Positions 15,590 to 25,003 of a DNA stretch of 64,000 bases are shown here, in pieces. The notes below the pieces were generated by a model. It saw nothing but the letters and a program-made list of their open reading frames with translations. It was not told where the DNA came from and made no database searches. Location of the stretch: positions 4,864,001 through 4,928,000 of the forward strand of contig OY970194.1 of NCBI GenBank assembly GCA_963708075.1, in the 5' to 3' direction. Made by a program: the position numbers and the translations under genes. Every line of letters begins with the position of its first letter. Positions within the stretch are counted from its first letter, which is position 1. The DNA is from Sedimentisphaerales bacterium (GTDB lineage: Bacteria; Planctomycetota; Phycisphaerae; Sedimentisphaerales; Anaerobacaceae).

Positions 15590-16588
15590 CTACGGTTTGA
15601 CCCGACAATTCCTCCGTGCGTGGACCCTTCGCACGATCTGCGTGCACAGGTCCTTCATGGGCAACCCAATCTTCGCCGCCGCCTTGGGAAGCAGCGAGTG
15701 GCTGGTAAAGCCGGGAATCGTATTCGCCTCCAGGGCATAGGGTGTGCCGTCATCGGTCAGGATGAAGTCCATCCTGGCGAAATCCCGGCAGCCCAGTGCG
15801 TCGAAGCACGCGAGCGCCGCCCTGCCGATCCGCGTGCGTATGCCTTCATCCTCGATCGTGTCGAAGAGGTACTGCGTCTGATCGCTGACATACTTGGCGT
15901 GGTAATCATAGAAATCCGTTTTGCTGCGGATCTCGATGATGGGGAGCGTCTGGCGTCCGAGAACGCCGACAGTCAGCTCGCGTCCGCGGACAAACGACTC
16001 GATCATGCAGTCGCCGAACTCCGCGTGCACCTGCCGGGCGGCCTCGATGGCCGCTTGCTGCGTCCCCACGATGTGCACGCCGACGCTGCTGCCCTGCCGG
16101 ATGGGCTTGACCACGAGCCGCCCGCCGGGGGTCTGGATTCGCCGTTCGAGCTCCTGCACGTCCATGTCCGGGCGGAATTCCACGACCGCCGGCACGCTCA
16201 CGCCCGCCTCGGCGAACAATCGCTTGCTCGCCATCTTGTCGAACGCCAGCCGGCTCGCCCGCGGGCCGCAACCGGTATACGTCAGGCCCCGATCTTCGAG
16301 GACTTGTTGAAGCTGCCCGTCCTCGCCGAATTCGCCGTGCAACGCCAGAAAGAAGACGTCGACGTCTTTTCTGTCCAGAACCTGCATGTCGTCGGGTCGA
16401 ATATCCGAGACAATTACATCGAATCCGCCTTCGCGAAGGGCCTCGGCGACATACCGGCCGCTCTCGAGGCTTACTTCACGCTCACGCCCCACCCCGCCCC
16501 GCAGGACGGCGACTTTGACCGGATCCTGGTGATCCGAAGTTTGATGTTTGATATTTGATTGTTGATTTGGCGAGAGTTGCTCTATCAT
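15590..16588 (-). CDS. ddl: D-alanine--D-alanine ligase
   Basis: GG...EREVSL.SG, LHGEFGEDG, KP..QGSSVG, YDYHAKY and EANTIPGFT.HSLLP. Confidence 0.95.
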   Translation of the reverse strand: MIEQLSPNQQSNIKHQTSDHQDPVKVAVLRGGVGREREVSLESGRYVAEALREGGFDVIVSDIRPDDMQVLDRKDVDVFFLALHGEFGEDGQLQQVLEDRGLTYTGCGPRASRLAFDKMASKRLFAEAGVSVPAVVEFRPDMDVQELERRIQTPGGRLVVKPIRQGSSVGVHIVGTQQAAIEAARQVHAEFGDCMIESFVRGRELTVGVLGRQTLPIIEIRSKTDFYDYHAKYVSDQTQYLFDTIEDEGIRTRIGRAALACFDALGCRDFARMDFILTDDGTPYALEANTIPGFTSHSLLPKAAAKIGLPMKDLCTQIVRRVHARRNCRVKP

Positions 16589-16947
16589 TGCCGATCTCTT
16601 CCGAGTTTCGAAGTTCTTACGCCCGATGTAAAAATGGCCGTTAGCGCGTCGGACTCTGCCAGGAGGGCAGCCACTCGTTTTTCCGGCAGAAGCCCGCCTT
16701 CAGTCACCAGTTCGAGCCAGAAGCAGGTTTCGTCTGCTTCCTCTGCAACTGTGCCGAGTTTCGCCGCAAACTCCGCCTTGGACCGCGCGCGGCAAGCCGC
16801 CCGGTAATTCGCCCCGACCGAAGTCCCGCTGCGCACCAATTGCCCTCCGATCGCCCTCCCGACTGTAGTTCTCGGCAGTGCTCCGACCAGCTTTATTGTC
16901 CGCAGGGCGAACTGCTTCGTCCTGGCTTTCAGTTCGGCGATGTTCAT
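16585..16947 (-). CDS. Four-helix-bundle protein (23S rRNA intervening-sequence protein family)
   Basis: LKARTKQFALR...QLVRSGTSVGANYRAACRARSKAEF..KL..V.EEADET.FWLEL is the family signature. Confidence 0.92.
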   Translation of the reverse strand: MNIAELKARTKQFALRTIKLVGALPRTTVGRAIGGQLVRSGTSVGANYRAACRARSKAEFAAKLGTVAEEADETCFWLELVTEGGLLPEKRVAALLAESDALTAIFTSGVRTSKLGRDRQ

Positions 16948-17000
16948 CCGGCGCGCTCTTAAAAATCAAACATCAACCATCAAAAATCATACTTCAGTGG

Positions 17001-17882
17001 CTACTGCCACACTTCAAGCTCAAGCTGCAACTCGACGTCGAATCGCTCGCGGACTTTCTGCCGGATCGTATCGATCAACTGCATCACATCGCGACTGGTG
17101 CACCCTTCTCTCGCCACGATGAAATTCGCGTGCTTTTCGCTGACCACCGCCCCGCCAACTTCAAAGCCCTTGAGGCCGGCCCGGTCGATCAAGGCCCCGG
17201 CCGCCCCTTCCGGCGGGTTCTTGAAGACGCACCCGCAGTTCCTCGTATTGAGTGGCTGGGTATTCTTCTTGTAGATCCAGCTCTCCTTCACCGTCCGCAG
17301 GATCTGCTCCGGGTCCGCGGGCGTCAGTTTCATCTGTGCGTTCAGAATGAATCTGGCCCGGATGTTCACCGAGCGGTAGTCGAAGATCAACTCCGGCTTT
17401 TTTTTCTCGAAAACGACGCCCTGAGCATCCATCAGCGTGACCGTGTCGATGACCGAGCCGATGTCTCCGAATCGGCCGCCGGCGTTCATCCGGACGGCCC
17501 CGCCGATCGAGCCGGGAATCCCCGTGAGCGTCTCAATCCCGGAAAGGCCCTTCTCGACACAATCGAGGACGAGCTTGCTCAGCTCGGCCCCGGCCCACGC
17601 CGTGACCTGCTCTTTCTTGAGCTCGGTGCGGCCGAACTCCTCGCCTTCCAGCCGAATCACCGCCCCGCGAACGCCTTCATCACTGACCAGAAGGTTCGAG
17701 CCGCGGCCCATCACGTACATGGGGATATGGTTCTCGTTGCAGCGGCGGACCACTTCCTTGAGCTCCTTCGTGGTCCTCGGCCGAATGAAATAGTCGGCCG
17801 GACCGCCTAAGCGGTACCACGTGTGCGGCGCCAGGACGTGGTTCTGTTCAACGATTTCGTCCAAGCCGGTGAATATACTCAT
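17001..17882 (-). CDS. murB: UDP-N-acetylenolpyruvoylglucosamine reductase
   Basis: GGPA, GRGSNLLV, GIPGSIGGAVRMNAG, CGCVFKNP, VSEKHANF and LELEV. Confidence 0.95.
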   Translation of the reverse strand: MSIFTGLDEIVEQNHVLAPHTWYRLGGPADYFIRPRTTKELKEVVRRCNENHIPMYVMGRGSNLLVSDEGVRGAVIRLEGEEFGRTELKKEQVTAWAGAELSKLVLDCVEKGLSGIETLTGIPGSIGGAVRMNAGGRFGDIGSVIDTVTLMDAQGVVFEKKKPELIFDYRSVNIRARFILNAQMKLTPADPEQILRTVKESWIYKKNTQPLNTRNCGCVFKNPPEGAAGALIDRAGLKGFEVGGAVVSEKHANFIVAREGCTSRDVMQLIDTIRQKVRERFDVELQLELEVWQ

Positions 17883-19248
17883 CTGCCACCTTCCAGACAT
17901 CGCCGGCGCCCATGGTCACCACGAGATCACCGCTGCGGACGTGCTGTTCGAGATAGTCGCACACCGCGTCAAAGCCTCCGATATGTTCTGCGTCCGTTCC
18001 ATGCTCCCGGATTCGCCCGGCCAGGATTTCCGCGTTGACCTCTTTGCGCGTGGCCTCCGAATCGCGCACGAAGTAGATCTCCGGGAGGATCGTCGTATCC
18101 GCCTGGGTGAAACTGCCGGCGAATTCGTCCAGGAGGGACTTGGTGCGGCTGTACTGGTGGGCCTGGAAGACGCACCAGAGCCGCTGCGGCCGGTATCGCT
18201 CGCGAATGGCCTTGAGACTGGCCCGGATCTCGGTTGGATGATGGGCGTAGTCGTCGAGCACGGTGACGCCGTTGAACTGTCCCTTGAGCATCAGCCGGCG
18301 GTCCATGCCGTGGAAGCCGTCGAGGACTGGGAGGATGCGTTCCGGCTCGATGCCGATGCACGCGGCCGTGGCAATCACCGCCATGGCGTTGAGCACGTTG
18401 TGGCGGCCCGGCAGGGAGATCCTGGCCGACCCCAGACAGATTCCCTCTCGGAAAACGTCGAACTGATAGAATCCGTCCTTCTCGCGGATGTTGCCCGCGG
18501 AGAAGTCATACTGCCCATCCAGCCCAAACGTCAGGACTGTGCGTTCGTCGCCAAGACGCCTGATGAGCTCGGCCGTATTGGGGTCCCCGCCATTGGCCAC
18601 AATCAATCCGCCCGGCTTGGTCCCCAGGGCGAACTGGTAAAACGCGTCAATGATGTCCTGCTCATCCCGGTAACAGTCGAGATGGTCCCGCTCGATATTC
18701 AGGATGGTGGCGACTTGCGGCTGGTAATTCTGAAAGCTGCGGTCGTACTCGCAGGCCTCGATGACGAAGTAGTCGCTGCGTCCGCCGCCGGAGGAGCCGC
18801 CCAATTGGGTGATCTCCGCCCCGACGACGAAGTTGACGTCGACGCCGATCTGCTTGAGGCACCAGGTCAGCCAGCCGGTGGTCGTGCTCTTGCCGTGCGT
18901 GCCGCTGATGGCGATCCCGTCGAACTGGTTGAACAGGTCGCCGAGCATCTGGGCGTACTTGACGACGCGACAGCCCTTGCGCCGGGCGACCTCCAGCTCG
19001 GGATTGCTCTCCCGAACCGCCGCGGAGATCACGACGGTATCCGTGTCCGGCGGCAGATTGCCCGCGCTGTGGCCGATGTGGATATCCGCCCCCAGCCCGG
19101 TCAACCGTGAAGTCACGGCGCTGGCCGTCTGGTCGGAGCCGCTGACAACCGCCTGGTTCTCCAGCAGCAGCCGCGCCAGGCCGCTCATGCCCACGCCCCC
19201 GGCCCCGATGAAATGATACTTCCTGCCTGCTACCTCTGGACGACTCAT
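17848..19248 (-). CDS. murC: UDP-N-acetylmuramate--L-alanine ligase
   Basis: HFIGAGGVGMSGLA, GTHGKSTTT, EACEYD, DDYAHHPTEI and MGAGD. Start uncertain. Confidence 0.95.
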   Translation of the reverse strand: MSRPEVAGRKYHFIGAGGVGMSGLARLLLENQAVVSGSDQTASAVTSRLTGLGADIHIGHSAGNLPPDTDTVVISAAVRESNPELEVARRKGCRVVKYAQMLGDLFNQFDGIAISGTHGKSTTTGWLTWCLKQIGVDVNFVVGAEITQLGGSSGGGRSDYFVIEACEYDRSFQNYQPQVATILNIERDHLDCYRDEQDIIDAFYQFALGTKPGGLIVANGGDPNTAELIRRLGDERTVLTFGLDGQYDFSAGNIREKDGFYQFDVFREGICLGSARISLPGRHNVLNAMAVIATAACIGIEPERILPVLDGFHGMDRRLMLKGQFNGVTVLDDYAHHPTEIRASLKAIRERYRPQRLWCVFQAHQYSRTKSLLDEFAGSFTQADTTILPEIYFVRDSEATRKEVNAEILAGRIREHGTDAEHIGGFDAVCDYLEQHVRSGDLVVTMGAGDVWKVADEYIHRLGRNR

Positions 19249-19559
19249 GACCTCGACCACCTCATACCGGTGGGCGGCCTTGACCGTCACCGTCCGGGTT
19301 CTCAATCTCCGGGTAACTCATTGCATCCCTTCTTTCAACTTAGGCCTCCCTGCCCAAAAACATCGGCACAGTATAGTGAAAACCCTCAGCAAAAAAAAGC
19401 ACGAAACGCGAAATTCGACCTGCGATCTGCGGCGTGCAGCCATCTCGCCGCGTCACGTGAGAACGAACACACAATTTGCGCAACGCGCGAGCACATCAGG
19501 CATGGTCATGCTATGGATGCAGGTACGTGTTGCCATAGGGAATGTCGAAGGTACCGGAC

Positions 19560-19646
19560 GGGTGGCAGCGGCAAGCGCAGCCTGCGGAGCTTGCCGATGG
19601 CGAATGGGCAGACCATCAGCAAGCTGGCGCTTGCCGCTGCCACCCG
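19560..19646. repeat. REP-like doublet (family C, GGGTGGCAGCG type)
   Basis: gggtggcagcggcaagc...gcttgccgctgccaccc. Copies at 33413-33492, 34709-34750 and a half copy at 6795-6824. Confidence 0.8.
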
Positions 19647-19750
19647 ACGCCCTATTCGAGGCATGCTTACGCGAGCGTAAGCATGGCACCCTGCGACTGA
19701 TCAGAGTTGTCCGTCAAGGCTGATTAGGAGATCGCAGACTAGCAGGCGGC

Positions 19751-20200
19751 TCACCGTCGCGTCGCTTTGGAGCGGCGTGTGCCCACCTCGTCCCTGCTTT
19801 CCTTGTTGTGGTCTTCCAGCAGCTTCATCGCCTTCTTGACATCGGAGACTTTGAGGACCCCGGTCGTGCGTCCGCCACTGGCCCCGGCGGTGCAGTAGGC
19901 ATAGGAGATGTTGATGTGTCCCTTGGCCAGCTTCTCGGCCACGATGGCGAGGGCCCCGGCCTTGTTGGCCAGGTTCACACACAGGACCTCCGTCTCGTTG
20001 TAGGGCATGTTCAGCTTTGAGAGGATCTCCCGGGCCTTGTTCGGGTCTTCGAACACCACGCGCATGACGCCATGCTCGGCAGAGTCCATCATGGTGATCG
20101 CCGTGATGTTGATTTTGGCGTTCGCGAACTCCCCCAGGACCTTGGCCAGCACGCCGGGCTTATTGACCATGAATACCGAAAACTGCGGTGCAACGTACAT
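19751..20200 (-). CDS. Tandem ACT-domain protein
   Basis: QFSVFMVNKPGVLA and LANKAGALA..A.KLA..HINISYAY. Confidence 0.85.
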   Translation of the reverse strand: MYVAPQFSVFMVNKPGVLAKVLGEFANAKINITAITMMDSAEHGVMRVVFEDPNKAREILSKLNMPYNETEVLCVNLANKAGALAIVAEKLAKGHINISYAYCTAGASGGRTTGVLKVSDVKKAMKLLEDHNKESRDEVGTRRSKATRR

Positions 20201-20420
20201 TCCTTTGTCCTTCCACGATTTGCCATGTCCAATCTGCGCTTCTGTCAGCCAATTGCTGTCGTCCCACCCATTCCGGCCTGGTTCGCCAGTTCAGGCATGC
20301 TGCGATTATCGCATACGCAACCCTGTTCTTCAACCAGAATCTTGCCGGCCCCCGGCCCGGGGGTGCGGTCGGCATACGGTGGCGGATTCGGATTCCACCC
20401 GACACAAGAGCGCAGCCCAG

Positions 20421-20706
20421 TCTTCTTTCGCCCCTGCGGGGCTTTGGGATAGGATTGGCTATGGGTACCCACCGTTGAAACGGTGGGCTATTGTCGATCG
20501 CCCCTGTGGGGCGGATGGGCCGACGCAAGAGGACTGGGGCGAAGTCCAGGCTCGAAGGGCGATAGAGAATAGCCTTCAATTTGACAGGACCACAAAGCTC
20601 AGCCATGGCGCAGTCCAAGCCCGCAGGGCGATAGAGAATAGCCCAGCGATTGATCGCTGGGGAACCGGGGCCGAGGACAAAAGCCAGTCCCGTAAGGGAC
20701 GAAAGA
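20421..20706. repeat. REP-like cluster (family A units in swapped order)
   Basis: Shares tctttcgcccctgcggggctt, tacccaccgttgaaacggtgggcta and tagcccagcgattgatcgctgggga with 561-757. Confidence 0.8.
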
Positions 20707-20958
20707 GGCGCAGTCCGCACACGGCGGCTACACGCCGCCACCGAATTCCGACCACACCCCCGGCCCGGCAGCAGCAAAAAATGAGGCGACGGACCTTGCC
20801 CGCAACAGCCCGTAATCCGGTGGGCGTCCCTTGGCACGGTCCGGGAAAACCGGCCAAACAGGGCTTTCTGGGCCGCAAACGCCCTTTGTAAGGGCTTGTG
20901 TCGCGACCATGTCGAGACAAAAAAATGCGGAAAAATGTGAAAATTGCGAATACCGCCC

Positions 20959-21066
20959 TTGACCGGAGGGCGTCCGTGGTGTAATATAAGTATAAATACG
21001 TATAGCAATGCAAGCCCCTGGGTAGTCTCGCTTCCTCTCCCTCCGTTTGCTCAGGGGCTTTTTTTT
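20959..21066 (+). ncRNA. Candidate small RNA (promoter, single hairpin with anti-SD loop, U-tract)
   Basis: TTGACC (20959-64), 17 bp, TAATAT (20982-87). 14-bp stem 21012-21025/21047-21060 with a CU-rich loop, and T8 at 21059-21066. No real gene lies upstream on the + strand. Confidence 0.5.
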
Positions 21067-21275
21067 CTTCCTTGGGCCAGTGTACCGCTACCCTGGCCCA
21101 TCTGAGCCCGGCCGCACCGCATGAATCAGCAACGTTTCGGGGTCTACCATCCTTCTTTTCGTTCGCCTGGGCGCAGAGTGAAGTGCAACACGCCGGAAAT
21201 GTCACTTACGGCTGCAAAATACGTAGTTTCACGTATGGTACGGAGTCGGAAAACCTCTCGCGTGGTGCCGGTTTT

Positions 21276-21365
21276 GTCATCCTGACGCAAAGCCGAAGGA
21301 TCTGGCCACCGAATATGAGGGTCCTCTCGCTCGCGGCCCAGATCCTTCGCTGCGCTCAGGATGAC
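21276..21365. repeat. Palindromic element GTCATCCTGA..GAAGGATCT / AGATCCTTC..TCAGGATGAC
   Basis: Clear inverted arms; degenerate half copy at about 12309-12333. Confidence 0.75.
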
Positions 21366-21509
21366 AAGCAGGGCGCACGAAGTAATCACAATTCATATGA
21401 CAGGGCGTCTTTCGCAAACCAATGACCGGTAAAGGCAGGCGCGTTATGCGTCTCGCCGCCCGCTTCGGTCGTCGGCCGTTGTCAATCGGGATTTGGCTTG
21501 TCGGCGCAG

Positions 21510-24500
21510 CTACTTGGGCTCGTACGTGATCTTCAGATGAGCCGCCTTGTCGGGGGCGCCTTCATAGGCCCAGAATCGGCGGTCTTCCTCGAAGTCGGAA
21601 CTGGTATAGAGGATCACAATGGCGTTGCCGGCCGACCAGCCGGGTCTGTTGACCACCTCCTGGAGGACTTGGGCGATGTCGGGGCTCTCGTACCAGGTAT
21701 TCGGGTTCCAGGCAACTTCCCAGTCCCAAGCCCGCGAAGCGGTTGTCCCCTTCACATTCGAGAGGCGTTTGACCGTGAAGTCGACGGGGTTGTCGGCCGC
21801 CTCGGCCTGGAGCTTGGCCATAATCCGGCCGGTCAGGCCAAACGTGTACGAGCAGATGCCCAGCGTGGCGCTCTTGATCGCAGCCCCCTGCGGGATCTGA
21901 ACGCCCTGGAATCGCATGGCAGCCAGAGACTCGCCGACGATCAGCACGTTGTTACTGAGTTCCTGGTAGGAGCCGTACTTCATGCCGTGTACGTCATCCG
22001 CCCCGGCTGACACCCGGTATTCCACCGTGACTTCCCGCTGGACCGAGATGCGCGCGGTGGCTGGTTTCGATTTTCCTCCGAATGGGGCTGTGCCGCCGTC
22101 ATCGGCCAGGAACGTGAAGCTGTCCTGTCCCACCCAGCCGGCGTCGGGTCGATAGACAACCTGGTTGGCCGGCAGCGTCGAGGGGACCTGATTGATGGGC
22201 GTGCCCCCGGCGACACTCTCCAGCCGGCCATGTCCCGGCAGCGACGCAATAGCGTACGTGATCTTGCCCGGCGGCTCCGGCGAGCCATCGTCCGTAGCCT
22301 GGAGGGTCACGACCGCGGGCGTATGGATTGCCGCGATCACATCAACGTCCTGGGCGACCGGGGGAGCCGCCTGGGTCGAGCGCAGGGTGGCTGTCCCCGC
22401 TCCCGAGACTCGCTTGACTGCCAGCAGGACGGGCATATCCGACGGGGCCACATAGCTCAAAGACTCGTCGAGGTCCATGGCTGCATTTGTGCTTGAGGCA
22501 AGAATCACCGGCGTGCCGGTTCGGCCTGGAGTCATGCTGTACAGGTAGAGGTCGAAATCCGCCTCAGCCGGGTTGTCGAGGGACAGGCTGACGCCGCGCC
22601 CGGCCGTCAGGTGCACGGTCCGTGCCCAGACGCGTTTGTCCGTGGCCTTGCCGCCCAAGCTGACGCTCGCATCGGTACCGGGTGCATAGCTCTGGCTGAT
22701 ACCCTCAACCGCTGCATCGGGGTTGATCATCCCGTATCCTTCGTAAGAGTCTTTCGAGATGGGCCAGTTATTGGGCCCGCTACTGTCACGCTGCAGGGTC
22801 GGATTGTCGTTGCCTGACTCCCGCTTGGCGTTCGTCTCCGACGCCGTGGCGCACAGAAGCATCTTCACGTAGCGGGGCAGGTCACTGGAGTTGAAATCCC
22901 AAAGGGCGCCCTGGTGCCCCAGAGCTTCAATCACCAGGGCCGCAGAACCCGCAACGAATGGTGCGGCCAAGGAAGTTCCCATCGCCGGCGTATAGTCGTT
23001 GGCCATCTGATCCTTGTCGTTTCCATCCGCGGTGCCGCTGTCCACAGACATCACGGACGTGTACCGCGGGGAGCCACCCGGGGCAAGGACGTCCGGCTTG
23101 TAATCCTCGTTTTCGCACGGGTCCAGGAACCCACGTGATGAGTAGCTGGTGAGGACATTCTCATCATTTGCCGCACCAACTGTGAGGGCCATCGCGGCTC
23201 GTGGCGGGTCCGCCATGTTCCGCTCGGCCGATGTCTTCGCATCGCCGCTATTGCCGGCGGCCGACACCACAACGATCCCGTTATTGACGACGGTATTAAC
23301 CTTGTCGCGCAGCGGCACACTCTCCAGAGGCAGGTCATTGTCGTCAGAAAGCCCATAACTGAGACTGATGACCTTGATCTTCGTTTGTGCCCGGCGAACA
23401 ACCAGATCGTCCAACGCCACCGAGAAGTCATTGTCATCGACCACCCCATCGCGCGTCTCAACCTTGACCGCCGCCCATCGGCAGCCCGGTGCGACGCCGC
23501 CGAATTTGTTGAAGCCATCGCCAACGCCGGGATAGGAATTGATGGTAGTCATGATGACAGCGTCTTCCAGCATGGAGGTCTCATAGCTGGCAATCAGAAC
23601 CGTGGAGAAAAGCGAATCGGGCGTGCCTGTCAGGACGGCGTTCATCGATGCCACCCCCTCCCCTATGTCGCCTCCTGTCGTTCCAGTCCAATCGAAGTCG
23701 CTGAGGAGGGTCCCTCTGGTCCAACGCACATGGATCAGGGCGGCAAGATTACCGCCATCCCAGTGTGCCGCGGAGTACACGTTCGAAAGGCCGATAGGGA
23801 GGCTTATAGGATCCACCAGATGAATCGAATCGGATGAGGGTGCCACATAAGTGTAGCGAAGCTTCTCGTTCGCCGCGCCGCCGGACTTGCCTGTCCCGAG
23901 GGCCACGCCGGCACAGAGGCTGCCGTGGCCGGCATAGTCCACGGGGCTCGGCTCGTTGTCGTCGGTGAAGTCGCGCCAATAGACGCATCGGCCGGCCAAA
24001 TCGGGGTGTGTGCCGTCCACACCGGTGTCGATGAATGCGATGGTCGTGTTCGGATCGCCGTGGAAGCCGGTGGGAGTTCCGGCAAATCCGGGCTGCCAGA
24101 TCGGTCGTACCCGACCGGTCCGCGAGGACAGGTCCATGTACGCGACGAGCCGCCGAATGGGCTCCACCTGCACGAGGCTTGGCCCCATCACGGCGGGCAG
24201 AAACGCGACCTGCTCACGCGGGATTCGTCCATTCCAGCCATAGGAGATCGCCTGGAACAGGTATGTGATCTCGCCGCCCATGGCGACGAAATCATCGATC
24301 TGCTGCTGTGTCACGGGCGCATTGAAGACCAGTTCCACCGTGATCATGCGACCATCACCGACTTGCCCCTGAGGTGTCGCGACGGAGATATCCTTCCGGC
24401 GAATCACCCTGCTTTCCAGGTCATCATTGATGCGGTTGCCGTTCAGGTCGGCCGGATACACCTCGCTGATCACCGGAGCCACCTGCAGCGGTGCGGGTGG

Positions 24501-24668
24501 ACGCAAAGTCCCGGCCCCGATCAGCCCCGGCGACAACAGCAGGCAAGCCAAAACCACCAGAAACAAAGGCGTCCGGATCACGTTCTTCCGACCTGCCCAG
24601 TTCTCTCCTGCAAAGGATTTCGGGGATGTCTTGGCATGACGCGATGCGCACGGCGACAGTGGATTCAT
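21510..24668 (-). CDS. Secreted S8 (subtilisin-like) serine peptidase with C-terminal accessory domains
   Basis: Catalytic motifs IAFIDTG, GHGSLCAG, AAGNSG and GTSLAAPFVAG; signal peptide. Confidence 0.9.
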   Translation of the reverse strand: MNPLSPCASRHAKTSPKSFAGENWAGRKNVIRTPLFLVVLACLLLSPGLIGAGTLRPPAPLQVAPVISEVYPADLNGNRINDDLESRVIRRKDISVATPQGQVGDGRMITVELVFNAPVTQQQIDDFVAMGGEITYLFQAISYGWNGRIPREQVAFLPAVMGPSLVQVEPIRRLVAYMDLSSRTGRVRPIWQPGFAGTPTGFHGDPNTTIAFIDTGVDGTHPDLAGRCVYWRDFTDDNEPSPVDYAGHGSLCAGVALGTGKSGGAANEKLRYTYVAPSSDSIHLVDPISLPIGLSNVYSAAHWDGGNLAALIHVRWTRGTLLSDFDWTGTTGGDIGEGVASMNAVLTGTPDSLFSTVLIASYETSMLEDAVIMTTINSYPGVGDGFNKFGGVAPGCRWAAVKVETRDGVVDDNDFSVALDDLVVRRAQTKIKVISLSYGLSDDNDLPLESVPLRDKVNTVVNNGIVVVSAAGNSGDAKTSAERNMADPPRAAMALTVGAANDENVLTSYSSRGFLDPCENEDYKPDVLAPGGSPRYTSVMSVDSGTADGNDKDQMANDYTPAMGTSLAAPFVAGSAALVIEALGHQGALWDFNSSDLPRYVKMLLCATASETNAKRESGNDNPTLQRDSSGPNNWPISKDSYEGYGMINPDAAVEGISQSYAPGTDASVSLGGKATDKRVWARTVHLTAGRGVSLSLDNPAEADFDLYLYSMTPGRTGTPVILASSTNAAMDLDESLSYVAPSDMPVLLAVKRVSGAGTATLRSTQAAPPVAQDVDVIAAIHTPAVVTLQATDDGSPEPPGKITYAIASLPGHGRLESVAGGTPINQVPSTLPANQVVYRPDAGWVGQDSFTFLADDGGTAPFGGKSKPATARISVQREVTVEYRVSAGADDVHGMKYGSYQELSNNVLIVGESLAAMRFQGVQIPQGAAIKSATLGICSYTFGLTGRIMAKLQAEAADNPVDFTVKRLSNVKGTTASRAWDWEVAWNPNTWYESPDIAQVLQEVVNRPGWSAGNAIVILYTSSDFEEDRRFWAYEGAPDKAAHLKITYEPK

Positions 24669-24934
24669 TCTCTCCTCCTTTTTACTAGAACGCAGGAGAT
24701 CGCGGATTCAACCGTTCAGAACCCAGGCCTCCCAACCCAAGGACGCATGCGAAGCGAAAGACGATATCTCGCCGCAGTCCAACGCCCGCCCGGCGTGCCT
24801 CCACAGGCGTCACCCAGGGAGCTGCATTCATGGTACACCTTTCCTCCGCGCCGCGTCAAGAAAAAAGGACTTCCATGCAGCAGAAACCCGGCGTTGGAGG
24901 ATGCAGAGGGGGCATGGGTGTCGTGACATCGCCA

Positions 24935-24963
24935 TTGACCCGGAAGGCGCCGGCGGGTATAAT
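24935..24963 (+). promoter_or_regulatory. sigma70 promoter
   Basis: TTGACC, 17 bp, TATAAT; SD aaggagg before ATG 25004. Confidence 0.7.
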
Positions 24964-25003
24964 GAGCAGATTGTGGGCATGATGGAAAAGGAGGACTTCA
25001 CCA

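Noticed and set aside
16585..16947. Diversity-generating retroelement (Avd-like fold)
   Set aside because: No reverse transcriptase and no TR/VR pair with adenine-specific mismatches in the window.
20007..21425. ORFs across the 20.2-21.4 kb gap (and similarly 50.8-51.6 kb)
   Set aside because: Composed of REP-like repeats and regulatory DNA; the translations are not protein-like.
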